Shown here piece after piece: positions 28,466 through 37,946 of a stretch of 64,000 nt of DNA. The translations under genes were made by a program, and so were the position numbers. The stretch is from Verrucomicrobiales bacterium (GTDB lineage Bacteria > Verrucomicrobiota > Verrucomicrobiia > Verrucomicrobiales > SLCJ01). The notes under the pieces were generated by a model. That model was not told the DNA's origin and did not search any database. It saw only the letters and a list, made by a program, of their open reading frames with translations. The number at the start of each line of letters is the position of its first letter. Within the stretch, counting starts at the first letter, position 1. The stretch lies in assembly GCA_046075565.1 (NCBI GenBank), contig JBJTQJ010000031.1, positions 29,493 through 93,492 on the forward strand, in the 5' to 3' direction.

Positions 28466-30898
28466 TTAAGGCAGATAACGGAACTCGTGGCTGTTGAGCA
28501 AAGCCCAGCGCAGGTCGGCCATACCATCTTCCCGGTTGTTCGCCAGCAATGCCAAGGCTTCGGCTTTTTCTTCCGCACTGGGCAGGCGGGTCAGGATTTC
28601 CTGATAGGCCCAGTCGATGGCCTTGTCGGGATCCTTTTGCAGGATGGCGTGGAGCGGTTCGAGCGGGCCGACCCGCGAGGCTTCATGGGTCATGCGGCCA
28701 TTGAGCATCATGAGCTGCTGGCGCAGCGATGGGGACGCGTCGCGGAATTCCCCGAGGGCCGCGCGTTCCGGTTGGCCGAACACGCGCAGGAAGTGGGCCG
28801 GCGGAGCCGGAGTGGCCATGTGCATTGCGCTGTCGAACCGCGGATTGTCATCCACGGTCTCCACGACGGTCTTGGTTTCGAATTTCGTCGAGTTACCCGC
28901 GTTTTGCCTTTGCATGGCCAACATGCGTTCGGCTTCGATTTGTTGATCGGACATGGCGCGCATGGACTCAAGTTCCGATCGTTCTTCTTTGGTCAGAATG
29001 GCATTAAAATCCAGTTTCAGGGTGGATTCGAGATCGTAGCCATCATCGCGCATCGGCGGTGCCGCCGGGGCTTCCGCCATTGCCGGTTCCTTGGCGGGAG
29101 TTGTTTGCCCTTTGATGGGAACGCGCACCTCACGCGTGACTTGTTTGGCGTTGGCTCCCGCCGGCCATTTGTGGTCGCTGAGGTGACCGGCCACGATCAC
29201 GCTGTCGAAGAGGACCTCGCCAATCATCCGCCGGGTGGGAGCGGCGGAGAAGTTTTTCTCGCTCTCCTCGCGAACTAACACCGGCGTCGAAGCGGGCAGG
29301 GCCGTGCGGCGGTAGGCATCGGACAAAGTGATGATGCGGATGAGATGACGGAAATCATAACCACTGGCCACGAATTCGCGGGAGAGGAAATCCAAGGCCG
29401 TCGGGTTGCGCGGAAGATTGTAGTCGGAAAAATTATCGAGTGACTCGACAAACCCGCGCCCGATGAGTTCCGCCCACACGCGGTTGACAAATGCCTTGGC
29501 GAAATAGTCGTTGCGCGGATCAGTGATCAGGCTGGCCAGTTGGTCGCGCAATTCGCTGGTCCGGTAGAGGTCGCGATGCACGTCGAGCGCCCGGCTTTCG
29601 CGTTGCGCTTCTTCGAGCACGACATCGCGCGGTTTTCCGGGAGCGGGTTGGACGCCATCAAGCAAGGCATCGAGTTCGGCGTTTTCTTTTCCGGAGGACG
29701 CGGACTTGCTCTTTTCCTCGCGTGCTTTCAGGAATCGCACGAGATGGGCGGGTGGTGTCTCCGGTTCGTCGAAGCGGATGGGGAACCGCGGTTTGACCGG
29801 ACTGCGGGTCCCGCCATTGGCTTTGTCTTCGGGTGGCCAGAGCACGGTCATTTCCTGACCCTCGGTGGTGTAAACCATACCCTGCTGCCGCCCCTGCACC
29901 TTGCGGGTCTTGCCGAAAAATGCGGCGAACTCATAAAAGTCCCGCTGTTTCCAATCATCGAATGGATGGTCATGGCACATCGCACAGCCGATTTGGACAC
30001 CCATAAAGACCTGCGCCGATGAAGCGGCCAGTTCCATCGGGTTCACATCGTCACCGAGGATGAAGCCGACCGCCGGATTCGCATTGGCCCGGCCCGACGC
30101 GCTGATCAATTCGCGCACCATTACATCATAGGGCTTTTCCTTTTCAATCGATCCGTGCACGTAGGCGAGCAGTTGGTTTCCACCAGTGACATTCGAGCGT
30201 ATCCGCAGCGTATCCGCCATAAAGACCGTCCATCGATCGGAGAATCGCGGATGGGCGAGGAGTTGGTCGATGAGTTTTTCGCGTTGGTTGCCATCCATGC
30301 CTTTGAAAGCTTTCAACTCGTCCATGGTCGGGATGCGTCCGATCAGATCGATGGTGGTCCGGCGGAGAAAGGCGGAGTCGCTGATCGTCCGGGTGGTGAT
30401 CAACTCTTTCCCGGCGTTTTCGCGTTTGAGGATGTCGTCCAGGATGGCGGCGGCTTCGGCGGCGGATGCGGGCGGTTTTGCAGGAATGGAGACCCGTTTG
30501 GGCGGTTCGGGTTTGCGCTCGGTCAGGATCACTCCGGATGGCCAATAGGCGCCGGCGCGCACCCACTCTTCGAGCAGTTTCACTTCGGCTGGCTCTAAGG
30601 CTTTCCCTTCGTCAGGCATGACGCCTTGGTCGATGGGGCGGAGAAGGACACGGACCAGCATCTCGCTTTCTTCGGGTTTGCCGGGGACAAGGGCCTCGGC
30701 GGTGTCGCCGCCCTCGAGCACTGCCGCATGGGTGTCCATGCGCAAGCCACCCTTGCTTTGCTCCGCATTGTGGCAACGAACACAATTCTGTTCGAGGATC
30801 GGCTGGACCAGCGTCACGAAGTCCGGCCCGGTGGCACGCGCAAAAAACGGACTGGCTAGGACCACGCAGGCCCCGATGGCTGGTATATGGGTGCGCAC
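28466..30898 (-). CDS. Planctomycete cytochrome c / DUF1549 (PSCyt2) / DUF1553 (PSD1) protein
   Basis: CVRCH and CAMCHDHPFD heme-type motifs; FLRRTTIDLIGRIPT; VNRVWAELIGRG; DLRWALLNSHEF. Confidence 0.92.
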   Translation of the reverse strand: MRTHIPAIGACVVLASPFFARATGPDFVTLVQPILEQNCVRCHNAEQSKGGLRMDTHAAVLEGGDTAEALVPGKPEESEMLVRVLLRPIDQGVMPDEGKALEPAEVKLLEEWVRAGAYWPSGVILTERKPEPPKRVSIPAKPPASAAEAAAILDDILKRENAGKELITTRTISDSAFLRRTTIDLIGRIPTMDELKAFKGMDGNQREKLIDQLLAHPRFSDRWTVFMADTLRIRSNVTGGNQLLAYVHGSIEKEKPYDVMVRELISASGRANANPAVGFILGDDVNPMELAASSAQVFMGVQIGCAMCHDHPFDDWKQRDFYEFAAFFGKTRKVQGRQQGMVYTTEGQEMTVLWPPEDKANGGTRSPVKPRFPIRFDEPETPPAHLVRFLKAREEKSKSASSGKENAELDALLDGVQPAPGKPRDVVLEEAQRESRALDVHRDLYRTSELRDQLASLITDPRNDYFAKAFVNRVWAELIGRGFVESLDNFSDYNLPRNPTALDFLSREFVASGYDFRHLIRIITLSDAYRRTALPASTPVLVREESEKNFSAAPTRRMIGEVLFDSVIVAGHLSDHKWPAGANAKQVTREVRVPIKGQTTPAKEPAMAEAPAAPPMRDDGYDLESTLKLDFNAILTKEERSELESMRAMSDQQIEAERMLAMQRQNAGNSTKFETKTVVETVDDNPRFDSAMHMATPAPPAHFLRVFGQPERAALGEFRDASPSLRQQLMMLNGRMTHEASRVGPLEPLHAILQKDPDKAIDWAYQEILTRLPSAEEKAEALALLANNREDGMADLRWALLNSHEFRYLP

Positions 30899-31099
30899 GG
30901 GGGAATTTAATTAAACCCATTTAATGACATGACGGGGTGGATTGGTCAAGATTATTTCACGGCAATCACACCAATGTTTTGACTGTCCCCCGTCGCCGGC
31001 AAAATTCCCGCCTGAGACCACCCCATTTCTTCAGTTTTCCGACCCCCTGCTTTTGGGGTGGAAGTTTCGGGGGTCGCGGGCTAAGCTTCCCCCAAGACC

Positions 31100-31933
31100 A
31101 TGTCCATTTTCAAAAAACCTCCCGTTCCGACGGGATTGCAACGCCGCTCCGACCTGCCCGAAGGTCTCTGGCACAAGTGCCCGTCCTGTGGAGAGGTCAT
31201 CCATGAGCTGGAATTGCGGCAGGAACTCCACGTCTGCCGTCATTGTGGCCAACATTTCCTCATGCCCTCAGACGAGCGGGCATTCAGCCTCGCCGACGCC
31301 GGAACTTGGGAAGAAATCGACGCCGGTTTGGTTTCCCAAAACCCGCTCGGATTCCACCAGTATGAGGACAAAGTGGCACGGGCCCGCCTGGCCAGCGGCA
31401 TGAATGACGCCATCCGCACTGGGCGGTGCCGCCTCGACGGGCGACCGGCCGTGCTCGGAATCATGGATTTCCGCTTCTTCGCCGGCTCGATGGGTTCGGT
31501 CGTCGGGGAAAAAATCACCCGAGCTGTCGAGATGGCGACGCGGGAAAAATGTCCGGTCATTCTTTTCAGTGCCTCGGGTGGAGCCCGTATGCAAGAGGGC
31601 ATGTTCTCGCTCATGCAGATGGCCAAGACCTCGGGGGCGCTGGCCCGCCACCACCAAGCCGGTCAACTCTTCATTTCCGTGCTCACCCATCCGACCACCG
31701 GAGGGGTCACGGCCTCCTTCGCGACCCTCGGGGATGTGATCCTCGCCGAACCGCATTGTATGATCGGCTTTGCCGGTCCGCGGGTGGTGAAAGAAACAAC
31801 CCACCAGAATCTTCCCGAAGGATTCCAGACCGCCGAGTTCATGCTCCAGCACGGACTCGTTGATCGAATCGTGCAACGCCGCGACATGCGCGCCGAACTC
31901 AGCCGCCTCGTCGCGCTCACCGCGCGGGCGTGA
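31100..31933 (+). CDS. accD: Acetyl-CoA carboxylase carboxyltransferase beta subunit
   Basis: PEGLWHKCPSC zinc finger, GSMGSVVGEKI, SGGARMQEG, PTTGGVTASFA. Confidence 0.97.
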   Translation: MSIFKKPPVPTGLQRRSDLPEGLWHKCPSCGEVIHELELRQELHVCRHCGQHFLMPSDERAFSLADAGTWEEIDAGLVSQNPLGFHQYEDKVARARLASGMNDAIRTGRCRLDGRPAVLGIMDFRFFAGSMGSVVGEKITRAVEMATREKCPVILFSASGGARMQEGMFSLMQMAKTSGALARHHQAGQLFISVLTHPTTGGVTASFATLGDVILAEPHCMIGFAGPRVVKETTHQNLPEGFQTAEFMLQHGLVDRIVQRRDMRAELSRLVALTARA

Positions 31934-31958
31934 ACCGCGCATCCGGCGCGCGCCTGAA

Positions 31959-33182
31959 ATGGAACCGACCACTCCACTCGATTGGTTGTATTCGACCCAA
32001 TGGTTCGGGGTGAAACTCGGCCTCGGAAACATGGAGCGTTTGCTCCGCGAGGGATTGGCTAATCCAGCGCCCGGCGTGAAGGTCCTGCATGTCGCCGGCA
32101 CGAATGGCAAGGGTTCGGTCTGCGCCATCGCCGATAGCGTGGCCCGCGCCCTCGGCATCAAGACCGGGCTCTTCACCTCGCCGCATCTGGTGGACTTCCG
32201 CGAGCGCATCCGCGTGAGCGGGGAAATGATCCCCGCGGAAGAACTCGACCGCGAGCTGACTGAATTGCGGGAACTCGTTTCCTCCTGGGACCCGCATCCC
32301 ACCTTCTTCGAACTCTCGCTTGCTGTTGCGTTGCGCTGGTTCAAAGCCCGCGGCTGCGAGCTGCTCGTTTTGGAAACCGGCATGGGCGGACGGCTCGATG
32401 CCACCAACGCCGTGCCCTCGGATGTTTCGGTGATCACACCCATCGGCATGGATCACTGCGAATGGCTCGGGGACACGCTTGGAAAAATCGCGGTGGAAAA
32501 AGCCGGCATCTTCAAACCGGGTGTGCCAGTCTTTTCTTCGGCCCAGGAACCGGATGCGAAACGTGTGCTGCTCGAACAGGCGAACATGGTTCGCTGCCCG
32601 ATCCGCTTCATCGAAGAGCCGCTCGTCGGTTATCCGCTTGCGTTGGCCGGCAGCCACCAGCGCCACAACGCCGCCCTCGCCACCGAGGCTTTGTTTTGCC
32701 TCGGGTATCCATTGAATGTCGAATCGGTATCGTTTGGACTTTCCCATGTGAGCTGGCCGGGGCGCTTCGATCGTCGACCGGAACACCGCATGGTGCTTGA
32801 TGGCGCCCACAATCCCCAGGGAGCCGCTCTGCTCGCCCGCGTCTGGCGGGAGTGGTTTCCCCGCGAGAATGCGACCCTTGTCTTCAGCGCTCTCTCCGAC
32901 AAAGACCCGGTTGCCCTGTTGGGGGAACTCCGCCCCATCGCGGACCACATCGTCGTTTGCCCGGTCAATTCGCCCCGCGCCCGGACCGCTGATGACCTCG
33001 CCCAGGCCGCTCGTCTGGCGGGCTTCGCGGAAAAGGAAATCACCACCGCCCACGATATCCCTGCCGCCCTCGCCGCCGCCCGCACCATGGAAAACACCAT
33101 TCTCGTCGCCGGCTCGCTCTACCTCATCGGGCAAGCGCTCGCGGAAATCGAGAAGTCCCCGTATCGCCCGACCGCGCAGTGA
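31959..33182 (+). CDS. folC: Folylpolyglutamate synthase / dihydrofolate synthase
   Basis: HVAGTNGKGS, FTSPHL, ETGMGGRLDATN, WPGRF, DGAHNP, GSLYLIG. Confidence 0.95.
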   Translation: MEPTTPLDWLYSTQWFGVKLGLGNMERLLREGLANPAPGVKVLHVAGTNGKGSVCAIADSVARALGIKTGLFTSPHLVDFRERIRVSGEMIPAEELDRELTELRELVSSWDPHPTFFELSLAVALRWFKARGCELLVLETGMGGRLDATNAVPSDVSVITPIGMDHCEWLGDTLGKIAVEKAGIFKPGVPVFSSAQEPDAKRVLLEQANMVRCPIRFIEEPLVGYPLALAGSHQRHNAALATEALFCLGYPLNVESVSFGLSHVSWPGRFDRRPEHRMVLDGAHNPQGAALLARVWREWFPRENATLVFSALSDKDPVALLGELRPIADHIVVCPVNSPRARTADDLAQAARLAGFAEKEITTAHDIPAALAAARTMENTILVAGSLYLIGQALAEIEKSPYRPTAQ

Positions 33183-33196
33183 GTAAGTGCCAGGTT

Positions 33197-33227
33197 TTGA
33201 CAGAAATCCTGCTTATGGAAGATTTCT
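33197..33227 (+). promoter_or_regulatory. Promoter with a palindromic operator for the antitoxin gene
   Basis: TTGACA overlapping the inverted repeat AGAAATC-N12-GATTTCT just before the GTG start. Confidence 0.5.
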
Positions 33228-33230
33228 ATC

Positions 33231-33500
33231 GTGCAAATCACCCTCAGAATTCGCGATGACCTTTACCGTGCAGCCAATGCGGAAGCGGCTCGGGAGGGCA
33301 TCAGTTTGGCTTCCTTTTTGGAATCGGCAATCCGGATGCGCCTGCGGAAACCGGATCACAGGAATACCGGGAAGCCCCACGCGTTTCTCATTTACACCCC
33401 CGATCAACCCCTGACATTGTCCAACGAGGGAATCAAACGGGCCGCGGAGGAAGAGGGATTCCGATATGACCTGCGGAAACTCGGGGGAGAAACACCATGA
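33231..33500 (+). CDS. Ribbon-helix-helix (CopG/VapB-like) antitoxin
   Basis: MQITLRIRDDLYRAANAEAAREGISLASFLESAIR RHH pattern. Confidence 0.75.
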   Translation: MQITLRIRDDLYRAANAEAAREGISLASFLESAIRMRLRKPDHRNTGKPHAFLIYTPDQPLTLSNEGIKRAAEEEGFRYDLRKLGGETP

Positions 33501-33563
33501 GTCGTTCACCTCGACACGGGCTTTTCCCGTTTCGAGGGTGTCTCCTTGAATGTGCCCGCGTGA
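33497..33563 (+). pseudogene. Remnant of a VapC/PIN toxin gene
   Basis: ATGA overlap with the antitoxin stop, then out-of-frame VVHLDTGFSRFEGV..P resembling a VapC C-terminus. Confidence 0.45.
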
Positions 33564-33645
33564 TGCGTATCCACGGCCTTTGATCACCGGCCATCACCCG
33601 GGCTTGCGGCGGGGCGGAAATTCGCGATGGTGAACGTTGATTCCA

Positions 33646-34419
33646 ATGACGCGGTTTCGTCCATGCATCGACCTGCACGAAGGGCAGGTCAAACAAATTG
33701 TCGGCGGCACCTTGACTGCCGACGGGGCGGGCACGCATGTAAACCACGCCAGCGATCGTCCCGCATCGTGGTTCGCGAACCGTTACCGCGAGGATGGCCT
33801 GACCGGCGGACACGTAATTTTGTTAGGACCTGGCAACGAGACCGCCGCGCGCGAGGCCTTGGCGGCTTGGCCGGGAGGATTGCAGGTCGGTGGCGGAATC
33901 CGGCCCGGTGGAGCGGCCCGTTGGATCGAAGCTGGAGCCAGCCATGTTATCCTCACCAGCGCTCTCTTTGACGGGGATGGGAATTTCCAAAACGAAATCC
34001 TCGATGCCCTCATCGCCGAAGTGGGCAAAGAGCATCTTGTCATCGACCTGAGTTGCCGCCGCGATGAAACCGGTTGGGTGGTGGCGATGGACCAATGGCG
34101 CAAACGCACCCGCCTGCGGGTCGATGCCCCGACCTTGGCGCGCCTGGCTGATCGCTGCTCCGAATTTTTGATCCACGCGGCGGATGTCGAAGGGCTTTGC
34201 CGCGGTATCGACGAGGATCTCGTGCGTTTGCTTGGCGAACACGCGGTCATTCCCGCCACCTATGCCGGTGGCGCGCGCGGCGTCGAGGACCTGCATCGGG
34301 TCGCGGAACTCAGTGGCAACCGTATCGATCTCACCATCGGCAGCGCCCTCGATATCTTTGGCGGCACGGGCGCGCGATACGAGGATTGTGTCGCTTTCAA
34401 CCGGCGTCCACTTGCATGA
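33646..34419 (+). CDS. hisA: Phosphoribosylformimino-5-aminoimidazole carboxamide ribotide isomerase, eukaryotic HIS6-type
   Basis: FRPCIDLHEGQVKQIVGGTL, LVIDLSCRR, EFLIHAADVEGLC, DLTIGSALDIFGG. Confidence 0.93.
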   Translation: MTRFRPCIDLHEGQVKQIVGGTLTADGAGTHVNHASDRPASWFANRYREDGLTGGHVILLGPGNETAAREALAAWPGGLQVGGGIRPGGAARWIEAGASHVILTSALFDGDGNFQNEILDALIAEVGKEHLVIDLSCRRDETGWVVAMDQWRKRTRLRVDAPTLARLADRCSEFLIHAADVEGLCRGIDEDLVRLLGEHAVIPATYAGGARGVEDLHRVAELSGNRIDLTIGSALDIFGGTGARYEDCVAFNRRPLA

Positions 34420-35258
34420 GCGACCCCGTCGTCATCGCGCTGGCGCTGGCGGCGGCCCTCGTATTCGCGGGCATCATCGCCACCGTGCGATCCTCCCGTC
34501 GGCAATCGGCCCGGCGCGAGGAGTTGCTCGCGCTGGGATTGACCACTCGCGAGCGGGTGGTGGTCGAGAAGGCCCTGCCGTGGTTCCGTCGATTGCCCGG
34601 CGATCTGCGACCACGATTGGAAGGAGTCATGCGGGTGCTGATGGATGAGAAAATTTTCGAAGCTTGTGGTGGCTTGCCGGAAGTGACGGATGAGATGCGG
34701 CTGGTCATCTGCGCGCAGGCGGGATTGTTGGTGGTCAACCGCCCGCCACCGTGGTATCCGGAACTGGTCTCCATCCTCGTTTATCCCGGCGCCTTCACTG
34801 CTCCGGCGCGCGACTATCTGGATGACGCGGTCGAAGTCGTGGAAATGGAAGAACGGCTCGGTGAATCCTCCGCCGACGGGACGGTCGTGCTGGCATGGGA
34901 TGCGGTGCTGCGCGGCGGTTCGAACCATGAAGATGGATTGAACCTCGTCATGCACGAATTCGCGCACCAGTTGGATCAACTCAACGGTGATGCGGATGGC
35001 GCACCCATTCTCGACCATGCTCGCGATTACGAGTCGTGGTCGCGTGTTTTTCACGCGGCTTACGGACGTCATGTCGAGGAAAGCGAACGCGACGAAGCCG
35101 ATGTGCTCGATGATTACGGAGCCGAGGACCCGGCCGAGTTCTTTGCCGTAGCCACCGAGACATTTTTCGAACGTCCCCGCGCACTGCACGACGAATACCC
35201 CGAACTTTTCCTCGAACTCGCCAAGTTCTACCGCCTCGACCCGAGGGAGTGGAAATGA
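34416..35258 (+). CDS. Zinc-dependent peptidase, M90/MtfA family, with an N-terminal membrane anchor
   Basis: ILVYP, LGES, NLVMHEFAHQLD, YGAEDPAEFFAVATETFFE. Confidence 0.9.
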   Translation: MSDPVVIALALAAALVFAGIIATVRSSRRQSARREELLALGLTTRERVVVEKALPWFRRLPGDLRPRLEGVMRVLMDEKIFEACGGLPEVTDEMRLVICAQAGLLVVNRPPPWYPELVSILVYPGAFTAPARDYLDDAVEVVEMEERLGESSADGTVVLAWDAVLRGGSNHEDGLNLVMHEFAHQLDQLNGDADGAPILDHARDYESWSRVFHAAYGRHVEESERDEADVLDDYGAEDPAEFFAVATETFFERPRALHDEYPELFLELAKFYRLDPREWK

Positions 35259-35387
35259 ACTCACGGTGGTCCTCGTAATTTCCCGTGCCACCTCACGCGG
35301 AGTGTGAGGAATGCGGGCTAGGATCAATGCTCATTACTTGGTGAAAAAAGCAATGATGGGCTGCTATTCCCTCCCTTTATCCCTGCG

Positions 35388-35489
35388 GGGCAAGAGCGAG
35401 ACGCTCTTGCTACGGTTGGCGCAGCAGATCAGGGGGATTTCGCCCGCGGGCATCCATCGGAGTCGTAGCAAGACCGTCCCGGTCTTGCC
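35388..35489. repeat. REPIN-like doublet, copy 2 (uninterrupted)
   Basis: GGGCAAGAGCGAGACGCTCTTGCTAC...GTAGCAAGACCGTCCCGGTCTTGCC between convergent genes. Confidence 0.8.
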
Positions 35490-35542
35490 TTGAAAATTGG
35501 TCTCCACTCATTCAATCTGCTGCTTACTAAAGAGCATCGGGG

Positions 35543-37120
35543 CTATGGTTTGCCCTTCGCCGGAGGCGGCGGTGGGGGATCGAGCCTTTGGATGTGCGTG
35601 TTCACGGCCTTGGCCTGGGGCAGGCTGGAGAATTCTTTTGCGGTTTCGCGCAGGAGTTGGAGAGCGAAGGTCTTTTCCTTGCGGGCGAGCAAACATTCGG
35701 CGGCATGGAGGCGGCAGCGAATTTGGTCGGTGCCTTTTTTGTAAATCGAGCTGGCGGTTTCGAAGTCCTTCTGCGCCTGAAGCATGCGGTCGAGCTTGTA
35801 TTCGAGCAGGCCCGCGCTTTCCACGAGGATGCCGTCCTTGTTCTGGCTTCCCGACTGGCGCAGCATTTTCGCGGCTTCTTCGGGATCGGATTTCCATCGC
35901 TCGATGGCCACACGGACCGCTTTCCACGAATTATCGCCTTCGGCACGAATGACTGCGGGCTCGATGGCGAGTCTGCGGGCCATGGGCCGGTAAAGTGGAT
36001 CTCCAATGACGACATTCATCCATGATGTCGCCGGAATGCTCATGCCCGCTGCCTCGGCCAGCGTGTAGCCCTCCATGAGCGCTTGGTGGAAGAGGTCGAA
36101 TTGGTGGGTTACCTGCAAGTATGGTTCCCAGACATTGCCCAAGGTGGCGGTCGCGCCTTTGGCGAGAATGGGACCGGCCCAGAATTTGCCCGGCTGGCGC
36201 AGTGATTCGGCGGAGAAGGAATGCAGGTGCACGGCGACCGCTCCGGGTTTGTAGCGGAATTCGGGGTCGAGCATGAAGCCGTTGGCGTGGGTATCATACC
36301 AACCGAAGTAAAATGCACAATCACCGGCTGGATAGGCTTCGGGCAGTGTCCACGGATGGCGGTCGATTTGCGCCGGGATGCCGCGCTCCCATGATTGGTT
36401 GTAAATGCGGGCGATCCAGTCGTCGCCGATCTGGTAGTCGCCGCCTTTGCCATAGATGTCGAGGATGGTTTTGCCCCATGGTCCACCGGCCTTTTCGATC
36501 TGCACGGCTTCGGTGGCGAGACGCATCGCGACATTCGCGTCGGGACCATCGATGCGGGCGACCAGATACATGGGTGGTTCTTTCAGTGTCGCGAAATCGG
36601 TCTTCTTCCTGAAGTAGGGATTGTTGATGGGGCCGGCGATGGGATAGTTGAAGAGACCGAGCAGCATCAACTCGCTGTCCACGCTCGCTTCGTTCATGGC
36701 CTCGATGCCGTTCTTCCCGGCGGATGCGTTGTCGTCGCGTTTCACGCGCATGGGCATTCCGTGGATGAGCGCGAGCACGCGCTTTTTCGGTTCGGCTCCG
36801 ATGGTCGTGTTTCCGGCATTGGCGGGCGTCCACCAGTTCCGGGCGGCGAATTCCCGCCGGAGTGGTTCCTGGATGCCGGTGCGGAATTCTTCCCGCGTGA
36901 TGGTCTCGGTGTCCGGGCAATCGAGGGGAATCATCGATTCCGCCGGGATGCCGCGGGCATTTCCGTAGGCGGTGGCAATCGCCCTCGCGATGGGAACCCG
37001 GCGGTTGTAGACGACCACGACATGATCCGGTCCGAGAGTCGATGGGAGAGGCATCGCCTGGCCCGACGCCATGACAGTGGCGAGCAGAAAAACGGAGAGA
37101 ATTTGGCGGACTAGGCGCAT
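35543..37120 (-). CDS. TIGR03790 family protein
   Basis: VVVVYN, ASVDSEL, LVARIDGP, FYFGWY, GAVAVHLHSFSA, GNVWEPYL, GDPLYRP. Confidence 0.88.
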   Translation of the reverse strand: MRLVRQILSVFLLATVMASGQAMPLPSTLGPDHVVVVYNRRVPIARAIATAYGNARGIPAESMIPLDCPDTETITREEFRTGIQEPLRREFAARNWWTPANAGNTTIGAEPKKRVLALIHGMPMRVKRDDNASAGKNGIEAMNEASVDSELMLLGLFNYPIAGPINNPYFRKKTDFATLKEPPMYLVARIDGPDANVAMRLATEAVQIEKAGGPWGKTILDIYGKGGDYQIGDDWIARIYNQSWERGIPAQIDRHPWTLPEAYPAGDCAFYFGWYDTHANGFMLDPEFRYKPGAVAVHLHSFSAESLRQPGKFWAGPILAKGATATLGNVWEPYLQVTHQFDLFHQALMEGYTLAEAAGMSIPATSWMNVVIGDPLYRPMARRLAIEPAVIRAEGDNSWKAVRVAIERWKSDPEEAAKMLRQSGSQNKDGILVESAGLLEYKLDRMLQAQKDFETASSIYKKGTDQIRCRLHAAECLLARKEKTFALQLLRETAKEFSSLPQAKAVNTHIQRLDPPPPPPAKGKP

Positions 37121-37893
37121 GGGAAGTCGAGTTCTAGGGAGTCGTAGGCCAGATGCACATGCGAGGGAAGCGATTTTTCGACTTCGGCATGGGAAACTTC
37201 GCAGGAAAAATGCGTCAACCACGTGCGGGGCGAGCCCAGATCGCGGCTGATTTCGATGGCGGCAGGAATATCGAGATGGGTCGGATGCTCGCGGAATCGC
37301 AGACCATCGATGATGAGCGCATCGAGGCCGTGCAACAACTCCATGCTCGACGGCGGAATCGATTTCACATCGCTGGCATAGAACAACGATGGCCCGCCAT
37401 CCACATCGAATCGGAACCCGAGCGTGGGCACATTTCCATGGTTCACCGGAACCGGGGTCACACGGGTTCCGCCGAGACGGAATGCGCCATCGATGATTTG
37501 TTTGTCCACGTGCAGGTAGCCGGGGGTGCGCAGCGTTTCGTCAAAGGCGAATCCGAACATTTTTTCCAGCACGCTCATGGTCGGCGTCGTTGCATGGACG
37601 GGCAAAGTGCCGCCGCGCACGTAGGCGAAGCGCCGCAGGTCGTCGAATCCCATGATGTGGTCGGTGTGCGGATGGGAAATGAGCACGGCGTCGATGGCCT
37701 CGATTCCTTCCCGCAGGCATTGCTGGCGCAAATCGGGCCCGGTGTCGACAATCCAGCTCGCTCCCGGCCCGCGCATCCACACCGAGCAGCGCAACCGGCG
37801 GTCGCGCGGGTCGTCGGACCGGCAGACCGCGCACCCGCAGCCGATGGCGGGAATTCCCACGGAAGTGCCGGTTCCAAGAAAAGTGATTTTCAT
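37111..37893 (-). CDS. MBL-fold metallo-hydrolase (PhnP-like)
   Basis: FLGTGTSVGIP.IGC.C.VC, DTGPDLRQQ, SHPHTDHIMGFDDLR. Confidence 0.9.
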   Translation of the reverse strand: MKITFLGTGTSVGIPAIGCGCAVCRSDDPRDRRLRCSVWMRGPGASWIVDTGPDLRQQCLREGIEAIDAVLISHPHTDHIMGFDDLRRFAYVRGGTLPVHATTPTMSVLEKMFGFAFDETLRTPGYLHVDKQIIDGAFRLGGTRVTPVPVNHGNVPTLGFRFDVDGGPSLFYASDVKSIPPSSMELLHGLDALIIDGLRFREHPTHLDIPAAIEISRDLGSPRTWLTHFSCEVSHAEVEKSLPSHVHLAYDSLELDFPCA

Positions 37894-37946
37894 TTTGTCG
37901 ATTGCTGGGTAGTAGTCATGCCACACCCTTGCCCGTCCCGCAAACC

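Noticed and set aside
30899-31099. Sigma-54 promoter for the large operon
   Set aside because: No TGGCAC-N5-TTGC site found; only a weak sigma70-like TTGACC at 30944-30949.
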